Assembly: GCA_963668025.2 (NCBI GenBank)
Contig: CAXXTH010000022.1
Span: forward strand, 64,001 to 128,000
DNA from: Candidatus Hydrogenedentota bacterium
Lineage (GTDB): Bacteria > Hydrogenedentota > Hydrogenedentia > Hydrogenedentales > SLHB01
Reading direction: 5' to 3'
DNA length: 64,000 nucleotides
In this document: positions 18,902-29,550 of the stretch, piece after piece
How positions within the stretch are numbered: position 1 is the stretch's first letter
Layout of the letters: each line of letters begins with the position of its first letter
Made by a program: the position numbers and the translations under genes
The notes under the pieces: model-generated
What the model was told of the DNA's origin: nothing
Seen by the model: only the letters and a program-made list of their open reading frames with translations
Database searches by the model: none

Positions 18902-20791
18902 TCAGCCTGCCCGGCGCTTATCTTCCCGCTTACGGTCTTCAAGGGCCATCAGGGCTTTGCGTACGCGAATCGATTTGGGGGTCACTTCCACCAGCTCATC
19001 GGATGCGATCCATTCGAGAGCCGTATCGAGCGTAAGCGTGCGGGGCACATCGAGCCCTTCAGAGTGATCTCTGCCTGCGGCGCGATGGTTTGTAAGGGCT
19101 TTGCGTTTAGTGGGATTGCAGGGCAAATCGCCTGGCCGGGAATTCTCGCCCACAATCATGCCTTCATAAATCGGGTCCATAGGCGTGATAAACAAGGTGC
19201 CGCGCTGTTGGAGATTCTCGATACTGTATGAAGTGGCGTCGCCAGATTCGACACTGATCATAGAGCCGCGCCCACGGGTAAATACATCGCCAGCCCAAGG
19301 GCCATACCCCACATAACGCGCCGACATGATCCCTAAACCGCGCGTATCGGTTAGAAATTCGTTGCGGTAGCCGATAAGCCCCCGGGTGGGGATTCGGAAT
19401 TCCAGGCGCACCATGCCACGGCCTTCGTTGTGCATATGCTTCAATTCGCCTTTGCGGAGCGACACTTTCTCGATCACAACGCCTTGGTGCTCCATCGGGA
19501 CATCAATCGCCAGATCTTCCATGGGCTCCATCAAGCGCCCTTGTTCATCCCGGTGCGTAATGACTTCAGGCGCGGACACGCACAGCTCCATTCCTTCGCG
19601 GCGAATTTCTTCAATCAGAATAGCTAAATGCAACTCTCCACGCCCGGAAACTTTCACGCCATCACTGCGCCCGACATCTTCCACACGCAAGGCCACGTTA
19701 ATGCGCAGTTCGCGTTCAAGGCGCGTCTTGATTTGACGCAGGGTTACAGCGTCGCCCTCACGGCCCGCGAAGGGGCCATTGTTCACGCAGAACAGCATGG
19801 ATACGGTAGGCTCCTCGATTTCAAGGGGCGGCAGCGCTGCATTTTCCAGTTCAGGAGCGGCAATGGTATCGCCAATGGCCAATTCCTTTGGGCCAGAAAT
19901 GGTGACAATGTCGCCTGCGGAAACTTCGTCCACCACTACGCTGTCCAGCCCTCGAGTCGCCCACAGATACACTACTTTTTCGTTATCCACGCCCACGACT
20001 TCCCACTCATCATTCATGGGCGATTGCGCCATGTGGCGGGCGGGATGGAGCCATCGCGTGTTAGTGCGATTGATGCGATCACCGGGGTGCAAACGGCCTT
20101 GCAGCACCCGCCCCGTGCCTGTGCGCCCGATATGGTCACGCCAGCCCAGCGTACTCACTTGCATGAGAAATGGCGCTTCGCTGTCGCCTGTAGGCGCGGG
20201 CACATGGGAGACAATGGTTTCGAAGAGGGCATCCATGCCTTCATGCGGTTCCGTATCGAGATCACGCACCAGCCAGCCATGAAGCCCTGAGCCATATAGC
20301 ACGGCGAAATCACACTGCGTATCCGTGGCGCCTAATTCCACAAAGAGATCGAAGGTCTTGTCCAGAGCGGACGCGGGATTGGCGTTGGGCCTGTCTGCTT
20401 TATTGATGACCACGATGGGGCGCAAGCCTAGCCGCAGGGCGCGCATGAGCACATACCGCGTTTGGGGCATGGGCCCCTCGTTGGCGTCCACCAACAGCAA
20501 TACGGAGTCCACCATGGACAAGATACGCTCGACTTCGCCCGAAAAATCGGCGTGGCCCGGCGTATCAATGATGTTAATGCGGTAGCCTTTCCACTCGACG
20601 GTGCAATGCTTTGACCGAATGGTGATGCCGCGTTCGCGTTCGAGTTCGTTGCTATCCATGATGCGATCAGATACGCGCGCATTGTTGCGGAACGTGTGCG
20701 CCTCGCGGAAAATGCTGTCGATCAAGGTAGTCTTGCCATGATCGATGTGGGCGATGATGGCCACATTGCGGATGTGGTCGATACGAATCAT
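18902..20791 (-). CDS. typA: Translational GTPase TypA/BipA
   Basis: [62 protein letters not shown]; AAGGAG RBS. Confidence 0.97.
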   Translation of the reverse strand: MIRIDHIRNVAIIAHIDHGKTTLIDSIFREAHTFRNNARVSDRIMDSNELERERGITIRSKHCTVEWKGYRINIIDTPGHADFSGEVERILSMVDSVLLLVDANEGPMPQTRYVLMRALRLGLRPIVVINKADRPNANPASALDKTFDLFVELGATDTQCDFAVLYGSGLHGWLVRDLDTEPHEGMDALFETIVSHVPAPTGDSEAPFLMQVSTLGWRDHIGRTGTGRVLQGRLHPGDRINRTNTRWLHPARHMAQSPMNDEWEVVGVDNEKVVYLWATRGLDSVVVDEVSAGDIVTISGPKELAIGDTIAAPELENAALPPLEIEEPTVSMLFCVNNGPFAGREGDAVTLRQIKTRLERELRINVALRVEDVGRSDGVKVSGRGELHLAILIEEIRREGMELCVSAPEVITHRDEQGRLMEPMEDLAIDVPMEHQGVVIEKVSLRKGELKHMHNEGRGMVRLEFRIPTRGLIGYRNEFLTDTRGLGIMSARYVGYGPWAGDVFTRGRGSMISVESGDATSYSIENLQQRGTLFITPMDPIYEGMIVGENSRPGDLPCNPTKRKALTNHRAAGRDHSEGLDVPRTLTLDTALEWIASDELVEVTPKSIRVRKALMALEDRKREDKRRAG

Positions 20792-21049
20792 GTAAAAAAC
20801 ACTCCTTCGAGGGCCTGGTTTGCCGCCTTGGGCGCATTCCATGCGCCTGCGGCCGGTGCGGAAAAGCATATAGGCAGTGCAAATCGACGACAATATCAAA
20901 AGCTATGTAGTTTAGCAAAAACGGCTATTGCAGCGCAAATTGTCCGAGAACCGTCTTTTTACATCACTATTGCAATGATTGGGCAAGCGAAGCGTTTACT
21001 ATTCGTTAGAATCCGGGGAATATGCCGCGAAGCATGGCTGCCCCTCTTA

Positions 21050-23308
21050 TCAGGGCATCCATCGATGAAGAGGAAAGCTGAGCGCGAGAGCAAGAATCGC
21101 GAGCGCAGCCACACCGGCGCCGGCGTAAAGCACTCGAGGACGATATGCCATGACGATTTCATGCGTTCCTTCCGGACAAGCGACGCCACGAAAAAGGCCA
21201 TTTGCCCGGAGTATTTCGGCTGGCTGGCCATCTAGCGTGGCGCGCCATCCTGGGGCGTATGAATCCAGCAAAACGGCCACCCCCGCCGTGGGGGCGTCTA
21301 CGCGTAGAATGATTTTTTCAGGAGAAATCTCCTCTATGGCGCATGCAGCCTGATTTCGGCTAGGAAGCGGCCCTGCGGTCGATGCGTTTGAAAACGAATT
21401 CGGCGCACTATCCAGCAAGCATTCGTAATCCCGGTTAAAGTTCACATCACCAAGCAGATCAGCGGCGGCGGCGCTCGTGTATCCCGCCCGCCATGCCGGA
21501 ACCCAATAGGCGCGTGGCATGGCGCTCTCGTTAAGGAAAATTCGGATATTCCCCGGGGCGTGCGTAAGATGCAAGCGAGGCCCCTGGCCTCGCCATTCGC
21601 CAGTATATAACGGTCCTTCCGAAGTGGCCATGATGACACGGGCCGCCATGTAATTGAGCAGATTTGGCATTTCCGCTTCCGGCAGCACATTGCTTGCCGT
21701 TGCTTGAAAAGATGCCGCGCTGGACTGGCCCAAGCGCTCCCACCAGACCGCTTGCTCTTGGGTCAACGGAAGATGCGCCCCCCCCACCGCCATCAGGGGC
21801 GAAAGCATGCCCAGATTGCCTGGCATACCGGTATCCAATGGCCCTGGTGAAAGGAGAACCCTTCCTCCGGCGGATAAATCAACCGCTTCTTGTATGGCGG
21901 AGCTATATCGCTGATAACAGCCAGGCGCATCGGAGAAGGGGTGGCGGTATGCGTTGACGTTCGCGATAGTGAGATCGAAGAAAAGAAATATCGCCAACGC
22001 CGCCGCGCAAAATGTAAGAAACCATCGATGCCGGACCAGCAGCATGGGAAATAAAATACATAAAAAAACGATAATATAACCTCGAGCTTGGTCCGCGGAT
22101 ATCCAGAATAGCAACCCCGCTAAAAACAACATTGCGAGGCCAGGCAGCCAAGCGGTGGGAACTCGAGGGTCTTGCGGGCGCACTGTAAGCCGGTCCGCGC
22201 CGATGGCCGCCAGCAACGCCGCACAGAGCGACATGGGAAAGAGCATGGCTTCCCGCGGATACACCGAGGGCAGGATGGATGCGCCAGACAGATATAATCC
22301 AGCACATCCGGCAAGACATACAAAGAGAATAACGACATTCCGGCGCTGCGGCCAATGAAAACAAGCCGCCAGAAGGAAAAAGAGGGTGATGATGCCCACA
22401 TACCCCATGCGAGGCAAAGCGCCAGACTGGCACATAATGAGCTGTAATGCCATCGCGCGCAACCCGGAAGGCGCTTGCGTATCGAGGTCTAGCCTCCATA
22501 GGAAATCCCAGGGCTGCTCCAAGCCAGCAATCCACCATATAGCCGGCAGCCATTGTACGGCGGAAAGCCCCAGGGAGAATAGGGCTGCAGCGGCAAGCCC
22601 CGCCACCGCACGGGAAAAGCTCGGCGGCCGTTCACCCTGTTCCGGCAGCAACAGGCCCAATAGCGCCATCGGTATGAGAAGAAGCAGCATGGCGGCAATG
22701 ATGCTTGCCGCTCCCGATAAAATGAAAAGGCCGCCTGTAACGCCAGATAGACAGGCGTATCTCCATTTCCAAGTCATCAGGTAGACACGGAGGCCCAAGA
22801 AACAGAAGGGCGCCCACGCCAACGCATCCGCAAGCGACGGCTGGGACATAGCGGAGGCGGAAGCGCCACAAAACGCGTATACAATTCCCGCTAGAAAGGC
22901 GGGTGCGTATCCTGATCCGAAAGAGAGGGCGAGTAGCGCGCAGCCTAGCCCCATAAAAAACAGGCATAAGAATGGATGTACGGCCATTGCGCGTTCGGTG
23001 GAAAGAAACAAGAAAGGCGCGTTCAGCGGTTGAAACAATCCGACGCGGGGATCCGTATACAGGGGAGCGCCGCAGAGTTGGCGAGGATTCCACAAGGGAA
23101 GCTCCGCCTCCCGGACCCGGCCATATGCGTAGTGAAACATGGGATAGACATATTGGTACAACTCGCTGTTTTCATAGGACTTGATAGGCATTTCTTTGCT
23201 CAGCTCGACATGCTTCCAATAGAGCGGAGCCAGCCACAGGAACATGGCGGCGATGCAAAATATCGGCCAGAAAGATATGGCCCGGGGCTGTGTGTCTGAT
23301 GTATTCAA
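21050..23308 (-). CDS. YfhO-family polytopic membrane protein (GT-C-like glycosyltransferase)
   Basis: LPLWNP...GAPL, many TM segments, C-terminal DSYAPGWRATLDG...RANGLFRGV...G.H.I...YRP. Confidence 0.8.
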   Translation of the reverse strand: MNTSDTQPRAISFWPIFCIAAMFLWLAPLYWKHVELSKEMPIKSYENSELYQYVYPMFHYAYGRVREAELPLWNPRQLCGAPLYTDPRVGLFQPLNAPFLFLSTERAMAVHPFLCLFFMGLGCALLALSFGSGYAPAFLAGIVYAFCGASASAMSQPSLADALAWAPFCFLGLRVYLMTWKWRYACLSGVTGGLFILSGAASIIAAMLLLLIPMALLGLLLPEQGERPPSFSRAVAGLAAAALFSLGLSAVQWLPAIWWIAGLEQPWDFLWRLDLDTQAPSGLRAMALQLIMCQSGALPRMGYVGIITLFFLLAACFHWPQRRNVVILFVCLAGCAGLYLSGASILPSVYPREAMLFPMSLCAALLAAIGADRLTVRPQDPRVPTAWLPGLAMLFLAGLLFWISADQARGYIIVFLCILFPMLLVRHRWFLTFCAAALAIFLFFDLTIANVNAYRHPFSDAPGCYQRYSSAIQEAVDLSAGGRVLLSPGPLDTGMPGNLGMLSPLMAVGGAHLPLTQEQAVWWERLGQSSAASFQATASNVLPEAEMPNLLNYMAARVIMATSEGPLYTGEWRGQGPRLHLTHAPGNIRIFLNESAMPRAYWVPAWRAGYTSAAAADLLGDVNFNRDYECLLDSAPNSFSNASTAGPLPSRNQAACAIEEISPEKIILRVDAPTAGVAVLLDSYAPGWRATLDGQPAEILRANGLFRGVACPEGTHEIVMAYRPRVLYAGAGVAALAILALALSFPLHRWMP

Positions 23309-23416
23309 AGTCTATCCAGTCCGCAAAATGGCCCAACGCGTATGGGGGCATATCCCCCATCTTCAAGCATAACTTGCGATGCCAATCGCTCAAACTCATA
23401 TATTTAGTGAAGCTGT

Positions 23417-23488
23417 GGCCTCAGAGAGCACAAGAGGCTCAAGAAAAGGATTTCCTTTACGTTTCTTGCGCCTTTTATGGCAGCTAAA
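23417..23488. repeat. Imperfect palindromic element of the (A)AGAGGCnCAAGA family
   Basis: CAAGAGGCTCAAGAAA (23431-23446) versus TTTCTTGCGCCTTTT (23462-23476); similar to 9963-10008. Confidence 0.55.
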
Positions 23489-23545
23489 CAGAATTGGCTT
23501 GCTGGCTTGCGTTTTTAAATTTACAATGTATTTTTCCGGTGAAAT

Positions 23546-24532
23546 TCATTCCACCTCTGTTAATGCCTGTAAAGCGTATTCATGTAGCTTGCCATTGGAA
23601 GCCAGCACGCCCCGGTTCCGTTCAAGCATGCGGCCTGCGGAGAAATCCAGCGGCGCGCCGCCGAGGTCGGTTATCCGGCCACCAGCCTCCTCGACCACCA
23701 AGGAGCCAGCCGCTTGATCCCAAATCCGCTCGCGGTAATCCGGCTGGCGGCTCGACAGCAATCGGAATAGCAGTTCGCCGCTTCCGGCCGCCATCACCGC
23801 ATATTTGGCCTGGCTGTCCATCCGCACCGGTTCGGCGGCCACGCCCATGTGCGCCAAGATGCGGTCGAGACGGCTGACATTAGTATGGGCGGCCTCAGCG
23901 GAACGCAAGACTCGCGCCTCCGCTGGTTCTCCACGGCCTGACACATGTAATTGTTCAAAAACACCGCCCTCCATGCCACGCAGCCATGTCCCTCCGCCAC
24001 GAAACGCCGCGACAAGGGAGCCTGGACCGCCCATTTGGCACGAGCGGGGATCGGCCAAATTTGGGCAAGCCAGAACGCCCAGGCGAACCTTTGCTTGCTC
24101 GATGCGCGCCAGAGCGACGGCATATTGTTCGCCGCGTAGAAAGCCTTTGGTTCCATCTATGGGATCCAATACCCAATAAGCCCCGGCTGGTTCCCCATTG
24201 CCCCGGTCGATCCATCGGCAAATCCGCTCCGGCGTGGCGTCCGCGCGGAAACGGCGTACGAATGCGGCCACCCGCTCCAGCATGTTCCGGGCATCCGGCT
24301 GGCGCAATGCCGCCGCATTCTCTTCCGCCACGAGCACCGAGCTTGAATCATATTCTTCCAAAAACACTCCGATAAGCGCTTGCACTGCGAAATCGGCGAC
24401 CGTCACGGGAGAACGGTCTTCTTTGACCATCGCCGGACTGGCTATTTCCTGTTGGATGAGCCGGGCGAGTTTTCCTGCCTGTGCGGCGGCCTCGATGGCA
24501 AAACAGAAATCCGGGCTATTCGGAATTTGCAT
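23546..24532 (-). CDS. 3'(2'),5'-bisphosphate nucleotidase, HAL2/SAL1-type, inositol monophosphatase superfamily
   Basis: KEDRSPVTVADF, VAEE, WVLDPIDGTKGFLRG, RMDSQAKY, ERIWDQAAG. Confidence 0.9.
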   Translation of the reverse strand: MQIPNSPDFCFAIEAAAQAGKLARLIQQEIASPAMVKEDRSPVTVADFAVQALIGVFLEEYDSSSVLVAEENAAALRQPDARNMLERVAAFVRRFRADATPERICRWIDRGNGEPAGAYWVLDPIDGTKGFLRGEQYAVALARIEQAKVRLGVLACPNLADPRSCQMGGPGSLVAAFRGGGTWLRGMEGGVFEQLHVSGRGEPAEARVLRSAEAAHTNVSRLDRILAHMGVAAEPVRMDSQAKYAVMAAGSGELLFRLLSSRQPDYRERIWDQAAGSLVVEEAGGRITDLGGAPLDFSAGRMLERNRGVLASNGKLHEYALQALTEVE

Positions 24533-24774
24533 CTCGCATCCTTTGATATATCCACCCCAAAAACCGTGAATATGCATTTGATTCCTAGACTCTGGCCTCC
24601 GGTAAAGGGGCCATATGCGCATTGTACCGATTAAAGTATGAGAATGAAAAGCAAACGAATTGTGTTCGCATTGATGTTCGTGGCAATATTAGCGTTCTCT
24701 TTTGGTTAAGAACAGCGCCGTTTCCGATCTCTTGTATGGGGAGATGCCTGGGACGGCCAGAAATAGGTGGTTGT

Positions 24775-26715
24775 ATGAGCATGATATTTGTCCAATTACC
24801 CGATGGATCGAAAAAGGAATTATCCGAAGGAAGTTCGGCGCTGGATTTAGCGTCGGGCATCGGCCGCCGTTTGGCCGAAGCCGCCATGGGCGCGCGCATC
24901 AATGGCGCGGTGGCAGGCCTGGCCACTACGCTCAATGATGGCGACACCGTGGAGATTCTGACGTTCGACACGCGGGAAGGACAAGACGTGTTCCGGCATA
25001 GCGCCGCCCACCTTATGGCATCCGCGATCATGAAGGTGCGCCCCAACACGAAGCTCGCGATTGGACCTTCCATCGAAGATGGTTTTTATTATGATATCGA
25101 CGCGGATCCGCCACTGACCGAAGAGGACTTTCCGGCCATCGAGGCGGAAATGGCGGCCCTCGTAAAAGCGGACGCCCCTTTCGTACGCCGTGAAGTATCG
25201 AAGGCGGAAGCGCTTAATCATTTCCGCGCGCAAGGCGATATCTATAAGGTGGAGCTGATCGAGGGGCTCGAGGACGGCGCGATCACCTATTATGATAACG
25301 GCGATTTCACGGATCTATGCCGCGGGCCGCATCTGCCTTCGACGGGCCGCATCAAGGCGTTCAAGCTCTTGAGCGTGGCGGGCGCATATTGGCGGGGAGA
25401 CGAGAAACGCCCCATGCTCCAGCGCATCTATGGCACGGCGTTTCCGAATAAGAAACAACTGGATGAATACCTGGCGCTACGCGCGGAAGCGGAAAAGCGT
25501 GACCACCGCCGCTTGGGCCGCCAGTTGGACCTGTTCAGCTTCCATACCGCAGGCCCAGGCTTCCCCTTCTTCCACCCGAAGGGGATGATCGTATTGAACT
25601 CCCTGCTCGATTTTTGGCACGAAGAGCACCGCAAACGGGGGTATGGCCAAGTACGCACGCCCATCATCCTCGACCGGGGCCTTTGGGAGCAGTCGGGCCA
25701 CTGGGACCATTATAAAGAGAACATGTACTTCACGCAGATCGATGAGCGTGATTACGCCGTTAAGCCCATGAACTGCCCCGGCGGCATGCTTATTTATAAA
25801 ACCGCCAAGCGAAGCTATCGCGATCTGCCCATGCGCATGGCCGAGTTGGGAACGGTGCACCGGCATGAGAAATCGGGCGTATTGCACGGCCTGACCCGCG
25901 TGCGCATGTTCACGCAGGACGACGCGCATATCTTCATGACACCCGAACAGATCCAGAAAGAGGTTATCGGGGTCATCGATTTCGTGGACACCGTATACTC
26001 TTTATTCGGCCTCGAATATGCGGTCGAGTTAAGTACGCGGCCCGAGAAGTCCATCGGCAGCGACGAGATGTGGGAAACCGCCACATCCAGCCTGAAAAGC
26101 GCCCTCGAAGCCAAAGGAATGGCATTCAAGATTAATGAAGGCGACGGCGCGTTTTACGGGCCCAAGATCGATTTCCATGTCCGCGATTCACTGAAACGTT
26201 CTTGGCAGTGCGCCACGATCCAGCTTGATTTCGCCATGCCAGAAAAATTTGATCTTGAATACACCGGCCCCGATGGCAATGCCCACCGGCCCGTAATGAT
26301 TCATCGCGTCATTTACGGCGCGATTGAACGGTTTCTTGGCATCTTAATCGAGCATTTCGCGGGCGCATTCCCCACGTGGCTGGCTCCCGTGCAAGCGGTG
26401 GTCATTCCGGTAGCCTCCGCGTTCGAAGACTACGCCAAGGAAGTCAATGGCGCGCTCTTCGCCCGTGGTTTCCGCGTCGAGGTGGACGATAGCACCGAGA
26501 CAATGAAGTACAAGATCCGCAACGCCCAGACCCAGCAGATTCCTTATATGCTTGTTGTAGGCGAACGCGAGCGCGAGAACAGAACCGTGGCGGTCCGCCA
26601 TCGCCGCCATGGAGATCTCGGCAGTTTGTCGCTCGATACATTCGTGGAGCGCCTGGGTGAAGAAGTGCGAACCAGAGCGCTGGATACGGCTTTAGCGGTT
26701 CCAAAGGCCGAGTGA
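24775..26715 (+). CDS. thrS: Threonine--tRNA ligase
   Basis: TGS domain, RHSAAH, DLCRGPH, RDHR, KPMNCP, FTQDDAHIF, GAFYGPKID, ERFLGILIEH, anticodon-binding domain; start ATG 24775. Confidence 0.98.
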   Translation: MSMIFVQLPDGSKKELSEGSSALDLASGIGRRLAEAAMGARINGAVAGLATTLNDGDTVEILTFDTREGQDVFRHSAAHLMASAIMKVRPNTKLAIGPSIEDGFYYDIDADPPLTEEDFPAIEAEMAALVKADAPFVRREVSKAEALNHFRAQGDIYKVELIEGLEDGAITYYDNGDFTDLCRGPHLPSTGRIKAFKLLSVAGAYWRGDEKRPMLQRIYGTAFPNKKQLDEYLALRAEAEKRDHRRLGRQLDLFSFHTAGPGFPFFHPKGMIVLNSLLDFWHEEHRKRGYGQVRTPIILDRGLWEQSGHWDHYKENMYFTQIDERDYAVKPMNCPGGMLIYKTAKRSYRDLPMRMAELGTVHRHEKSGVLHGLTRVRMFTQDDAHIFMTPEQIQKEVIGVIDFVDTVYSLFGLEYAVELSTRPEKSIGSDEMWETATSSLKSALEAKGMAFKINEGDGAFYGPKIDFHVRDSLKRSWQCATIQLDFAMPEKFDLEYTGPDGNAHRPVMIHRVIYGAIERFLGILIEHFAGAFPTWLAPVQAVVIPVASAFEDYAKEVNGALFARGFRVEVDDSTETMKYKIRNAQTQQIPYMLVVGERERENRTVAVRHRRHGDLGSLSLDTFVERLGEEVRTRALDTALAVPKAE

Positions 26716-26743
26716 AGCGCCGCTTCTCGAGAAGGTTTATGTA

Positions 26744-27085
26744 ATGCCAAACGAACGAAAACCTGCTATTGACGATCTGGTCATTGGCCAGTGCGCCATG
26801 TGCGGCGGGCCGGTCCCTGAGCATGGCGCGGTGCGGGATACGCGGCATAATCTGTTTTGCAGCGCCGCCTGCGCGGACAAATTCGCCGCATTCGCGGACC
26901 GGGTGGTGCATGCCCAAACAAGCCCGCCGCCGCCTCTCCGGCTGCGCTACCGGCTTAAAACCTTGTTTCGAAGGCTCGTAATTGCGATTATCTTCCTTGT
27001 GGTATTCGGCGCGGCTACAACTTATTTTGATGTTCCCGTATTCGCTCCTTTTTTCCGGCGCATATTGGAAACAGTAGGCATGTAG
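26744..27085 (+). CDS. Small membrane protein with N-terminal TRASH/YHS-like cysteine motif
   Basis: CAMC...FCSAAC followed by one TM helix; lies in the thrS gene run. Confidence 0.6.
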   Translation: MPNERKPAIDDLVIGQCAMCGGPVPEHGAVRDTRHNLFCSAACADKFAAFADRVVHAQTSPPPPLRLRYRLKTLFRRLVIAIIFLVVFGAATTYFDVPVFAPFFRRILETVGM

Positions 27086-27094
27086 GAATAAAAC

Positions 27095-27553
27095 ATGCGT
27101 TTTAGCAGATTAATATGGATCTTTATCGCCGTGATTCTGGTGGCGCTGGGCTGGCTGCTCACGGATTCCGGCATCGAGTTCATGCATCAAAAGTTTCTTG
27201 CAAATCCTGCGGCGGACTCCGCTCGAGGCGGCTTTAATGAGGCCGGATTAAGCCGGTTAGGCGGTTTTCTGCAAGCGACCTTCCGTTTTGAAAAAGCGGA
27301 GAGTGTTCTGACGGACGCCATAACCTTGTATCCCGATGGAGCCAATTATTGGTTTAACCTGTACCGATTGGCGAAAGCCAAGGAAAAATTGGACAAAGAA
27401 CAAGAAGCCGTGAATATTCTGGACCGCATCATCAAGGAAAATGCAGGCGGCGGGCTGGATGAACGCCTGCCAAGCAATAACATCCTTGAATTGCGGCGGA
27501 ACAAAATCACCGAAGCGATAGAGCAAACCGATACGGGCGCTTCGGAGCCATGA
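27095..27553 (+). CDS. Membrane-anchored tetratricopeptide-repeat-like protein
   Basis: N-terminal TM helix; FEKAESVLTDAITLYPD / LYRLAKAKEKL helical-repeat pattern; ATGA overlap with the next gene. Confidence 0.6.
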   Translation: MRFSRLIWIFIAVILVALGWLLTDSGIEFMHQKFLANPAADSARGGFNEAGLSRLGGFLQATFRFEKAESVLTDAITLYPDGANYWFNLYRLAKAKEKLDKEQEAVNILDRIIKENAGGGLDERLPSNNILELRRNKITEAIEQTDTGASEP

Positions 27554-28272
27554 TGGAACACGTAGCAGGCCGTATTCCGGTATTGGAGTGTTTGCGCGCC
27601 CAGAAACGGGCAGCCCATAAGCTCTATGTCCTCGCAGGTGCGAGGGGCATTGAAGATATCCTGCGCGCCGCTTCGCAAATCTCCGTTATCGAGTGCTCCC
27701 GGCAGGATCTTGACCGCCTGCTCCCGGACACGGTGCATCAAGGCGTGGTGCTCGAAGCAGAACCGCTGCCGGTGCTCGATATCGGTGATTGGCTGGAACG
27801 CTTGGAACAGCCAAATGCGGTCGCGGCTGTCCTAGACGAAATTGAAGATCCGCACAATTTCGGCGCGATTGTCCGCTCTGCGGCGGCATGCGGCGCGTGC
27901 GGGGTTATCTTTGGGAAACACCGCACCGCCCCCATCTCCCCCGCCGCCATGAAAAGTGCGGCGGGCGCCATGGAATATATCGACATGGTTCAAGCGCCTA
28001 ATCTCGCCAAAGGCTTGGAACAGCTCAAAAAAGCCGGTTTTTGGGTGGCGGCTTTGGATGCGGACGCCCCGCAACTGCTTTGGGAAGCTGATCTGACAGG
28101 GCGTATCGCCCTCGTGATCGGCAACGAAGGCAAAGGCATCCGCCGCCTTATCAACGAGAAATGCGACTTCCACTTGCGCATCCCGTTGTCAGGCCCCATC
28201 ACCTCCTTGAACGCCTCCACGAGCGCCGCCATCGCCTTAGCGGAATGCCTCCGGCAACGTCATGCGCACTGA
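27550..28272 (+). CDS. rlmB: 23S rRNA (Gm2251) 2'-O-methyltransferase, SpoU family
   Basis: HQGVV, LDEIEDPHNFGAIVRSA, KSAAGA, IGNEGKGI, SLNAS. Confidence 0.93.
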   Translation: MMEHVAGRIPVLECLRAQKRAAHKLYVLAGARGIEDILRAASQISVIECSRQDLDRLLPDTVHQGVVLEAEPLPVLDIGDWLERLEQPNAVAAVLDEIEDPHNFGAIVRSAAACGACGVIFGKHRTAPISPAAMKSAAGAMEYIDMVQAPNLAKGLEQLKKAGFWVAALDADAPQLLWEADLTGRIALVIGNEGKGIRRLINEKCDFHLRIPLSGPITSLNASTSAAIALAECLRQRHAH

Positions 28273-28418
28273 AAAGAACCCGCAAAAAGCGCTTTTCCTT
28301 TTAGAAACCGTTTAGCAAATGTGATTTATTGTTGTAATAGTACATTGCTATATAAACTTTATCTTCCTGTATGTTATTGTCTATGGGTGGATTTTTATTG
28401 GGGAAGGAGAAGTAAGCC

Positions 28419-29502
28419 ATGGGTGATGTGCCGAAGACAATGCGCGCGGTGGTTTGCCATGGGGTGCGGGACTACCGGCTCGAAGAGAAGCCCGTTCCGC
28501 AGCCGGGGCCTGGCGAGGTATTGATGCGGGTGCGTGATTGCGGGGTATGCGCGAGCGATATAAAGTGCTACACAGGCGCGCCGTTGTTTTGGGGCGATGC
28601 ACACCGCAAGCCGTATGTGGAGCCGCCGGTGACGCCAGGGCATGAGTTTACCGGCTACGTGGCGGCGCTAGGTTCAGGGGCGGCGGAGAAACACCAGGTG
28701 GCGGTGGGCGATTCGATTGTGGCGGAACAGGTGGTTCCTTGTGAATCGTGCATGTACTGCCGCCGGGGCTGGTATTGGATGTGCATCAAGGCCCAGGTGT
28801 TCGGCTTCAAACAAGCCGTACAGGGCGGGATGGCGGAATATATGATCCTGCCTGCCGCATCGCGCATCTACAAGGTTCCGGAGACCATTTCCGAGAAGCA
28901 GGCCGCGCTCATCGAACCGTTGGGCTGCGCACTGCATGCCGTCGAGCGTGGCACTATTAAGTTAGGCGATGTGGTGGTGCAAGTGGGCTGCGGCACGCTT
29001 GGCCTGTGCATGGTGGCGGCGGAACGGCTGAAAAACCCTGGATTACTGATCGCGCTGGATCTGATCGATTCGCGGCTGGCGCTGGCTAAGCAATTCGGCG
29101 CGGATGTAGTGATGAATCCGGGCAAACATGATGTGGTGAAGGAAGTATTGGCGCTGACAGACGGATACGGTTGCGATGTGCTGATCGAAGCGACGGGAAA
29201 ACGCGGAAGCGATAACGCCTTCGCTGCATATGCTGCGCAAGCTGGGGGTGTTTGTCGAATTCAGCGTGATGCGGGAATCCTCGAAGGTGGACTGGACCAT
29301 CATTGGGGATGGCAAGGAACTCGATATTCGCGGAGCGCATCTCGCGCCATATACGTTCCCGACGGCTATCAGCTATCTGGAGCGGGGCTTAATCGCCATC
29401 GAGCCAATCATCACCCATCATCTGCCGCTGGAATCGTTTGAAGAAGGGCTCCACGCCGTGGAGCATCCATCGGACTCGATCAAAGTATTACTGAAACCCT
29501 AA
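28419..29502 (+). pseudogene. Zinc-dependent polyol/alcohol dehydrogenase (erythritol/L-threitol dehydrogenase-like), split by a single-base frameshift
   Basis: CGVCASD, GHEF, CxxCxxCx7C, IEPLGC, GCGTLG; frame breaks at ACG GGA AAA C (A4 at 29198-29201). Removing one A gives EATGNAEAITPSLHMLRKLG, continuous with ORF 29230-29502 (ITHHLPL...IKVLLKP). Could be a sequencing error. Confidence 0.8.
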
Positions 29503-29522
29503 ACGAATACACAATAAAAGGT

Positions 29523-29550
29523 GTAGGGTGGGGCTTGCCCCACCACCCAA
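29523..29550. repeat. REP-like palindrome (GTAG + GGTGGGGC-TT-GCCCCACC)
   Basis: GTAG tetranucleotide followed by a perfect 8-bp stem, 20 nt after a stop codon; tail ACCCAA shared with 48160-48183. Confidence 0.7.

Noticed and set aside
24533-24774. T-box or other leader RNA upstream of thrS
   Set aside because: No T-box consensus or terminator/antiterminator seen; the short region is shared with a divergent gene.
29195-29201. Programmed -1 frameshift at G GGA AAA
   Set aside because: It fits the slippery heptamer pattern, but restoring the protein needs a +1 shift, not -1.
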